This document shows positions 57,686 to 64,000 of a stretch of DNA of 64,000 bases, one piece after another. Source of the DNA: an uncultured Candidatus Binatia bacterium (lineage in GTDB: Bacteria; Desulfobacterota; Binatia; UBA9968; JAJDTQ01). A model generated the notes under the pieces. The model was not told the DNA's origin. It did no database searches and saw nothing but the letters and a program-made list of their open reading frames with translations. A program made the translations under genes and the position numbers. The stretch covers positions 2,976,001-3,040,000 of the forward strand of contig OZ243916.1 in NCBI GenBank assembly GCA_965213675.1. The letters are read 5' to 3'. Each line of letters starts with the position of its first letter. Position 1 is the stretch's first letter.

Positions 57686-59584
57686 ATGTTTCACGTGAAA
57701 CAATCGTACCGAGGATCCGACAGGATCTACGACGTTATCGTTGTCGGCGCGGGGCATGCAGGAATCGAGGCCGCGCTGGTGGCGGCCCGTATGGGATTCG
57801 ACACCCTGATGTTGACGTTGAACCTGGACCATATCGGGCAGATGTCCTGTAATCCTGCCATCGGGGGAATCGGAAAAGGTCACTTGGTCAAGGAAATCGA
57901 CGCCCTTGGCGGTGAGATGGCACGGGCCATCGACGAGACCGGAATACAGTTCCGCGTATTGAACACCAAGAAGGGACCGGCGGTGAGGGCTTCTCGCGCC
58001 CAGGCCGACAAGGCCCAGTACCGCCAGCGGATGAAGCGCGTCGTAGAGCGGTGCGAGAATCTAAGCCTCAAGCAAGCGAGCGTGGAGCGGTTGTTGCACC
58101 ACGGTGGCAGAGTTGGCGGGGTGGAAACACAGATGGGGGAGGTGTTTGAAGCCAGGAAGACGATACTGACCACAGGTACGTTTCTTCAAGGCCTCATCCA
58201 TGTTGGGGACCGCAACTATTCGGGCGGTCGCGCCGGCGACTTCGCGGCCCAAGGACTCAGCAAGTCCCTCAGCGACCTGGGCTTGCGCCTCGGTCGCCTC
58301 AAGACCGGCACTTGTCCCCGGTTACATGCCGATTCCATCGACTATTCCAGGTTGAATGTCCAGCATGGGGACGAGAATCCGGTGCCGTTCTCCTTCGGCA
58401 CACCCCGCATAGACCAGCGGCAGATCCCTTGCCACGTCACCTATACCAGTCCAGACACCCACGACATCATTCGGGGCGCCATTCATCGTTCACCCATGTA
58501 CTCGGGAGCGATCCAGAGCCGAGGGCCACGCTACTGTCCCTCCATTGAGGACAAGGTCGTACGCTTCCCGGACAAGCAGCGTCACCAGATCTTTCTGGAA
58601 CCCGAAGGTCGCGATACCGTGGAGGTCTACCCCAACGGGATCTCCACCAGTCTACCCCTCGACACGCAGGTGGAAATGGTGCACAGCATCCAGGGCCTCG
58701 AGAACGCGGAGATCATGCGGCCCGGCTATGCCATCGAGTACGATTACGTGGAGCCTACGCAACTGAAGTCGAGCCTGGAAACCAAGGGCCTTGCCGATCT
58801 TTTCCTTGCCGGCCAGATCAATGGGACCACCGGTTACGAGGAGGCCGCGAGCCAGGGCCTCATGGCGGGAATCAACGCCTGCTTGAGCCTCCGAGGCGAG
58901 GAACCGCTCGTGCTGTCCCGCGACCAGGCGTACTTGGGTGTCCTGATCGATGACCTCGTCACCAAGGGGACTGACGGGGAGCCCTACCGGATGTTCACCT
59001 CCAGGGCCGAGTACCGCCTGCTGCTGCGCGAGGACAACGCCGATCTCCGGCTCACCGAGCTGGGCCATCGCATCGGTTCCGTCACGCCGGCGGCCCATGA
59101 TCGCACCGTTCAGAAGAAGGCAAGGATCGCACACTGGAGCGTGAAACTGGAGAATTTCCGCGTCAGTCCAACACCCGTTGTACAAGCGCAACTGAACGGC
59201 CTCGGCACCGCGCCCATTCGCAACAGCACGTCCTTGGCGCAATTGCTCCGCCGCCCAGAGATCACGTTCGCCGATCTTGGAGCGTTCTGCCACGAGTTGA
59301 CGGAGGTCCCCGCCGATGTGGCGCTCCAGGTGGAGGTGTCCGCAAAGTACAGGGGTTATGTTGATCGCCAGACGCAGGGTTTGAAACGCTTTCAGAAGCT
59401 GGAAAACGTGGTCCTGCCGGAGGATATCGATTACGGAACCATCGATGGGCTCTCACAAGAGATCAAGGAGAAGCTCACGCGCGTGCGGCCGCGTTCGTTG
59501 GGGCAAGCCTATCGGATCGCGGGAGTGACGCCGGCCGCGATCTCCGTGCTCTCGTTGTATGTGTACAAGTTGAAGGCAAGCTGA
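57686..59584 (+). CDS. mnmG: tRNA uridine 5-carboxymethylaminomethyl modification enzyme MnmG
   Basis: GAGHAG, MSCNPAIGG, PRYCPSIEDK, GQINGTTGYEEA, MFTSRAEYRL. Confidence 0.97.
   Translation: MFHVKQSYRGSDRIYDVIVVGAGHAGIEAALVAARMGFDTLMLTLNLDHIGQMSCNPAIGGIGKGHLVKEIDALGGEMARAIDETGIQFRVLNTKKGPAVRASRAQADKAQYRQRMKRVVERCENLSLKQASVERLLHHGGRVGGVETQMGEVFEARKTILTTGTFLQGLIHVGDRNYSGGRAGDFAAQGLSKSLSDLGLRLGRLKTGTCPRLHADSIDYSRLNVQHGDENPVPFSFGTPRIDQRQIPCHVTYTSPDTHDIIRGAIHRSPMYSGAIQSRGPRYCPSIEDKVVRFPDKQRHQIFLEPEGRDTVEVYPNGISTSLPLDTQVEMVHSIQGLENAEIMRPGYAIEYDYVEPTQLKSSLETKGLADLFLAGQINGTTGYEEAASQGLMAGINACLSLRGEEPLVLSRDQAYLGVLIDDLVTKGTDGEPYRMFTSRAEYRLLLREDNADLRLTELGHRIGSVTPAAHDRTVQKKARIAHWSVKLENFRVSPTPVVQAQLNGLGTAPIRNSTSLAQLLRRPEITFADLGAFCHELTEVPADVALQVEVSAKYRGYVDRQTQGLKRFQKLENVVLPEDIDYGTIDGLSQEIKEKLTRVRPRSLGQAYRIAGVTPAAISVLSLYVYKLKAS
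57687..57702. promoter_or_regulatory. parS site
   Basis: Perfect TGTTTCACGTGAAACA. Confidence 0.93.
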
Positions 59585-59709
59585 GGCCCGAGCCTACCAG
59601 GTCGCTTCCAGAACTGGTGTGGCGTTTCGACAAAATGTGGACCTGGAGGGTTGTAAATGACTGCGTCCGGCTCGTGGTTACCCACGGCCGTTGCCAGGTA
59701 ATCTGACCC

Positions 59710-60375
59710 GTGTCGCCGAGAAGCTTCCCGAGCAACGACCAACTCATGATCGAAGGAGCGAGATCCTTCGATCTTGAGTTGTCACCTCACCAGGTTGCGG
59801 CCTTTGCCAGTTATCGAGGCCTCCTTTCCGTGTGGGGTGGTCGGCTCAACCTCACGGCCATTTTTGAAGGCTCAATGGTCGCACGGTTGCATTTTCTGGA
59901 CTCGCTTGCGGTGGCGCCCCATTTGACCCCGACGGGCCCCGTGATGGACATCGGCAGCGGCGCTGGTTTCCCTGGGATTCCCATCAAACTCGTCTGTCCG
60001 GACAAAGCGGTCTACCTCGTGGAGCCGCGCCGCCGGCGTGCGAATTTCCTCCGGCACGTGATTCGCGAACTGCGGTTGACCGGGGTCCATGTGATCGAGA
60101 GCCGCCTTGAGGAGTTGCCGCGGGAAGACGTCCCGCCAATGATGGAGACGGTTACCCGCGGGTTCTCCGACATCCGTGGGTTCATCAAGACGAGTGGGAA
60201 GTTGCTCGACCGTGGCGGTCAATGCCTTCTGATGCAAGGTCCCAAGGGCCCTGCGACATTGGAGGACCTGCAGGGTTGGATCTCCCGATGCGGTTTCGTG
60301 GAGCACAGAACCCTTCAGTTCTCGTTACCCTTCGGGACTGAGCAACGAACAGTGATTGCTCTGAGCAAGGCGTGA
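59710..60375 (+). CDS. rsmG: 16S rRNA m7G527 methyltransferase RsmG
   Basis: NLTAI, HFLDSL, DIGSGAGFPG, QRTVI; start may be 59746. Confidence 0.93.
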   Translation: MSPRSFPSNDQLMIEGARSFDLELSPHQVAAFASYRGLLSVWGGRLNLTAIFEGSMVARLHFLDSLAVAPHLTPTGPVMDIGSGAGFPGIPIKLVCPDKAVYLVEPRRRRANFLRHVIRELRLTGVHVIESRLEELPREDVPPMMETVTRGFSDIRGFIKTSGKLLDRGGQCLLMQGPKGPATLEDLQGWISRCGFVEHRTLQFSLPFGTEQRTVIALSKA

Positions 60376-60405
60376 CGGGATGGCGCTTGGCGGGGAGCCG
60401 ATGCC

Positions 60406-60440
60406 AGGAGCTTGCGCCCACGGGATTCACGGATGCAAAT
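60406..60440 (+). repeat. degenerate GGAGCTTGCGCC element copy
   Basis: AGGAGCTTGCGCCCACGGGATTCACG compared with the 15530 copy. Confidence 0.6.
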
Positions 60441-60478
60441 CCGTTTTCATCTTTCCCTTCGACGGCTCTGTTTCGTCA

Positions 60479-60494
60479 TGTTTCACGTGAAACA
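60479..60494. promoter_or_regulatory. parS site upstream of parA
   Basis: Perfect TGTTTCACGTGAAACA. Confidence 0.93.
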
Positions 60495-60574
60495 GGCCCC
60501 TTCCCTTCAGTGAGCCCGCGTGTTACCATACCCTGTGCCCGGTCGTCACCTAACCTATTGAATATTAAAGAGTT

Positions 60575-61360
60575 TTGGGCAGGATATTCGCAATAGCCAG
60601 TCAGAAGGGCGGAGTTGGGAAGACCACCACCGCCGTGAATCTGGGAGCTTCCCTGGCCGTTGCCAACAAGCGCACGCTCTTGGTGGATATGGACCCCCAG
60701 GGCAACAGCACAACGGGTTTCGGGGTCGACCGGGAGGCGCTCAACAAGAGTATCTACGATGTGATGATCGAGGACTGTTTCGCTACCGAGGCGCTGTGTG
60801 CGACGGAACTCCCGCTTCTCTTCCTGTTGCCGGCCCACCGTGATCTTGTGAGCGCCGAACTGCAGTTGATGGACATGGAGAACCGCGTCGGCCGGCTCCG
60901 AAGTGCTCTGGATACTATCAAGAACCGGTTCGACTATGTGTTGCTGGATTGCCCTCCGTCCCTGGGGCTGCTCACACTCAATGCGTTGGTGGCCGCCGAT
61001 TCGTTGCTGGTGCCGCTTCAGTGTGAGTACTATGCCCTGGAAGGTCTCAGCGCGATTCTTGACACCATGAAACGCGTTCAGGGCGCGTACAATCCGGACT
61101 TGGGTCTCGAAGGCGTTGTCCTCTGCATGTACGACGTCCGCAGTAATCTTTCCGCGCAGGTAGCCGAAGATGTCCGCAGCCATTTTCCGCAACATGTATT
61201 CCAGAGTATCATTCCCAGAAACGTCCGCCTGAGCGAGAGCCCCAGTCACGGCAGGCCGGCCCTGCTTTACGACCCAAGGTCCAAGGGGGCACAGGCCTAC
61301 CTCGCTCTTGCTGCCGAAGTCATGGACCGCCAGAAGGAATCCATCCATGCAGAAGCCTAG
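60575..61360 (+). CDS. parA: chromosome partitioning ATPase ParA/Soj
   Basis: QKGGVGKTT, DMDPQGN, DCPPSLG, QCEYYALEG, IPRNVRLSE.P; TTG start. Confidence 0.96.
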   Translation: MGRIFAIASQKGGVGKTTTAVNLGASLAVANKRTLLVDMDPQGNSTTGFGVDREALNKSIYDVMIEDCFATEALCATELPLLFLLPAHRDLVSAELQLMDMENRVGRLRSALDTIKNRFDYVLLDCPPSLGLLTLNALVAADSLLVPLQCEYYALEGLSAILDTMKRVQGAYNPDLGLEGVVLCMYDVRSNLSAQVAEDVRSHFPQHVFQSIIPRNVRLSESPSHGRPALLYDPRSKGAQAYLALAAEVMDRQKESIHAEA

Positions 61361-62210
61361 ACTGGGTCGCGGGCTCGACGCCCTGCTGCCGAAGAGCACT
61401 CCGACGGCGCGGGAGCCCGTGTCGGAGCGCGTGCCCACGGCGGTTCATCCTTCGTCGATCATCCCCAATCCGAACCAGCCTCGAAGGGTCTTTGACGACG
61501 CCAAGATCGACGAACTGGCCAAGTCCATCGACGCCAGTGGCATGTTGCAGCCCTTGGTCGTGCGCATGAGCCCCAACGGCTACGAGTTGATCGCCGGCGA
61601 GCGCCGCCTGCGCGCCGTCCAGCGTCTGGGACTCTCGGAAGTACCTGTAATCATTCATGAAACATCGGATCCCAGCACTCTGTTGCTGGCGTTGGTCGAG
61701 AACCTTCAACGCGAGGATCTGAATCCCATCGAGGAAGCAGCCGCCTTCGCGGAATTGCAGGAGCAGTTCAGCTTGACCCAGGAACAGGTCGCCGGAAAGG
61801 TAGGGAGAAGCCGTTCCGCGGTAGCCAATGCCCTGCGACTCCTGTCACTTCCCGACCAAATCAAGCAACATGTGGCGCGCCGCAAGTTACCCGCCGGCCA
61901 AGCCCGGGCGCTCCTTGCCCTGGACGATCGCAAGATGCTGGCGGCAGCCGCGAACGAGGTCATGGCCAAGGGCTTGTCCACCCGCGAAACCGAGGCTTTG
62001 GTCAAGCGGCTCAAGAGTCAGCGACGCCCCAAACCCGAAGATCGATTGGACCCCGATCTCACAAGTCTGATCGAGACGTTGCAGCGTCGCCTCGGCACCC
62101 GCGTCCGGCTGACGCATCGCGCCCGCGAAGGCAAGGGGAAGCTGGAGATTGAATACTACTCGCAGGACGACCTGGGGCGGATCACGGACATGATGATGGG
62201 GAACGTTTAG
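61347..62210 (+). CDS. parB: chromosome partitioning protein ParB/Spo0J
   Basis: LGRGLDAL, QPRR.F, GERRLRA, ENLQREDL, SRSAVAN.LRL. Confidence 0.96.
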   Translation: MQKPRLGRGLDALLPKSTPTAREPVSERVPTAVHPSSIIPNPNQPRRVFDDAKIDELAKSIDASGMLQPLVVRMSPNGYELIAGERRLRAVQRLGLSEVPVIIHETSDPSTLLLALVENLQREDLNPIEEAAAFAELQEQFSLTQEQVAGKVGRSRSAVANALRLLSLPDQIKQHVARRKLPAGQARALLALDDRKMLAAAANEVMAKGLSTRETEALVKRLKSQRRPKPEDRLDPDLTSLIETLQRRLGTRVRLTHRAREGKGKLEIEYYSQDDLGRITDMMMGNV

Positions 62211-62621
62211 ATTGGCACGGACTCGGAGCTGGGGGTCGCAATGTTCAGTGCGGCGTGTCATCTTTTTGACGGGCTGCGCCGTTCCGAGCGTTGAGTTCGG
62301 CGCCGTCTTTGACAAGGTCAGGCTCGGATGTTATAGACCCCTTTCGCAGCTGGCAGTTCAACGAGGTTGCCTGCGTCCGACTGCATGGGCAGACCCGCCC
62401 AAAGCGACCCGCTTGGGCCGGGTTTCGTGTAACTAGTGGAATTATCGGGGCTTTTACGTCGTCCGAACTGTGGTCGCGGCGGCATGCCATCGGCCAATCT
62501 GAGAGGGAACGACGGGCAAAGGCGCTGCCCTGACGACATTCGATTTACGCCATCTCGGAACTCGGACAGCCCGGATTTCCGGGGTGCTTCCGCCGTTCGT
62601 TTTCGGCACCCAACTCGCGGC

Positions 62622-63050
62622 ATGATCAACGTCGACTTATCCTTGGTGGTTCAAATCGTCCTGTTCCTGATCCTGTGGAGCATCCTGCGTCGGGTGCTTT
62701 TCGGGCCGGTGGGGCGGCTGATGGCGGAGCGGGAGCGCCGGACGGAGGGAGCGCACGCGGAGGCGCGTACGCTGACCGATGAAGGAAAGGCGCTGCAGGA
62801 ACAGTACGACGCCGCCATCGCCAAGGCGCGGGCGGAGGGTGAAGCGATCAAGGGTGAGATCCGGGAAGAAGCGCTCAAGGCGCGCAACGTGATCCTCTCC
62901 CAGGGGCGCGACGCGGCGACGCAAAAGATTCAGGAGATTCGCGAAGAGGTTCGCCGGGAGATGGACGCGGCGCTCGAGGTCGCTTCAAGCAATGCCGAGG
63001 TGCTGGCGCAAGAGATGGCGGAGAAGGTGCTGGGCCGGAAGCTGACATGA
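62622..63050 (+). CDS. ATP synthase F0 subunit b'
   Basis: N-terminal TM (VQIVLFLIL), LFGPV, ER, coiled coil; first of two b genes. Confidence 0.88.
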   Translation: MINVDLSLVVQIVLFLILWSILRRVLFGPVGRLMAERERRTEGAHAEARTLTDEGKALQEQYDAAIAKARAEGEAIKGEIREEALKARNVILSQGRDAATQKIQEIREEVRREMDAALEVASSNAEVLAQEMAEKVLGRKLT

Positions 63051-63589
63051 GCATCGTGACGGAAATGTTCGTGTCCGTGGCGTGGGCCGCCACCGGCGGT
63101 GACGCACACACGCCGTCGATCACGGAGTTGGTTTTCCCGCTGATCAACTTCCTGATCTTCGCGTACCTGATCAAACGCTTCGGTCTTCCACTCATCCGGG
63201 AACATCTCAAGCAGCGGCGCGAAGGGCTGATCGCTGCCGTGGATACGGCTCAGAAGGCCAAGGCGGAGGCCGACGGATACGTCCGGAAGTATCAGGAATT
63301 ATTGAAGGTTCTCGACGAGGAGTGCGAGCGGATTCGCGAGGGTTTGCGGGCCGAGGGAGAGCGCGAGCGGGTGCGGATGGTGGCGGAAGCCGAGGAGTCC
63401 GCGACCAAGCTGATGGCCGATGCCGACTTTCTGGCCGAGCAGGAGGTCAAGATGGCGCGCCAGCACATCCGCGCCGAGATGGCCTCCCTCGCGGAGGCGG
63501 CCGCCATGGAGGCGCTCCAGCAGCACATCAGCGCGGCCGACCAGGATCGCATGGTGGAGGGTTTCTCCCAGCAAATTCAGCAGCTTTGA
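63047..63589 (+). CDS. atpF: ATP synthase F0 subunit b
   Basis: INFLIF TM, coiled coil, DQDRMV; ATGA overlap. Confidence 0.88.
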   Translation: MSIVTEMFVSVAWAATGGDAHTPSITELVFPLINFLIFAYLIKRFGLPLIREHLKQRREGLIAAVDTAQKAKAEADGYVRKYQELLKVLDEECERIREGLRAEGERERVRMVAEAEESATKLMADADFLAEQEVKMARQHIRAEMASLAEAAAMEALQQHISAADQDRMVEGFSQQIQQL

Positions 63590-63676
63590 CGCCGTGCCGG
63601 GAGTCTGGCCGTAATCCGGCGGCGCTTCGAAAAGGGCATGGCGCCGCCACCGAGAGAATCCCAGGATCTACATCCG

Positions 63677-64000
63677 ATGACCGCAGGAAAGATCAGCCGC
63701 CGCTATGCCAGGGCGATCTTCGAGCTAGCCACGGGACGCGAGGAAGCCGTCGCAACGGAACTCGACGGGTTTGTCGAGGCGTACGGGCAGCCCGACCTCA
63801 GGCATGTGTTGGGCAACCCGGCCTTCAACGTGGAACGCCGCAAGGCGATCATCGTCGAACTGGCGGGACGGATGGGACTGTCAGAATTGACCACGCACTT
63901 CGTTTTGCTGCTGTTGGCGCGGGAGCGTCTCGACGGGCTTCCGTCCATCGCGCGGCATTACCACCGTCTGCTGGACGACGCGCGCGGACGTGTCAACGCC
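63677..64000 (+). CDS. atpH: ATP synthase F1 delta subunit (partial, runs off the window)
   Basis: MTAGKISRRYARAIFELA...LGNP...RERL. Confidence 0.9.
   Translation, partial: MTAGKISRRYARAIFELATGREEAVATELDGFVEAYGQPDLRHVLGNPAFNVERRKAIIVELAGRMGLSELTTHFVLLLLARERLDGLPSIARHYHRLLDDARGRVNA

Noticed and set aside
1017-59293. Numerous long antisense or alternate-frame ORFs (e.g. 8276-9727, 33583-35166, 46230-47819, 51657-53840)
   Set aside because: Shadow ORFs of GC-rich genes, with no motifs of their own
56085-62621. oriC within the mnmE-parB region
   Set aside because: No cluster of TTATCCACA DnaA boxes or AT-rich unwinding element seen

Overview
This GC-rich bacterial chromosome window sits near the origin, judging by mnmE-mnmG-rsmG-parA-parB, two perfect parS sites and atpF'-atpF-atpH at the right end. 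The gene order and content (many amidohydrolases, TctABC) suggest a deltaproteobacterial/Binatia-like heterotroph; this is inference. Most of the window is catabolic or housekeeping genes separated by several families of short palindromic repeats. Three things stand out. (1) A visibly less GC-rich ~9 kb island (about 21.1-30.2 kb, minus strand) carries a mostly translationally coupled operon: DndA/IscS cysteine desulfurase, a short DndC-like PAPS reductase, a DUF262-DUF1524 (GmrSD/SspE-like) nuclease, a SNF2 helicase, a ParB CTPase-like protein, a ParB-HTH-only protein and a metallo-beta-lactamase/beta-CASP nuclease. It has no dndB/D/E or sspB/C, so it is a candidate new DNA phosphorothioation/defence system and the best lead here. 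(2) An orphan grdE-like/grdB pair lies next to a TTT transporter. GrdB has an in-frame UGA (selenocysteine) with a SECIS-like hairpin, and the GrdE-like partner lacks the pyruvoyl-forming Cys. (3) There are decayed mobile/defence remnants (integrase arm fragment, nonsense-mutated BrnT, RloA/RloB, HEPN fragment, LexA-like fragment) and a dispersed GGAGCYTGCGCCGCAGGAATT element that supplies stop codons and brackets one gene. I saw no rRNA, tRNA or CRISPR array. All family calls come from motif recognition by eye, not database searches.
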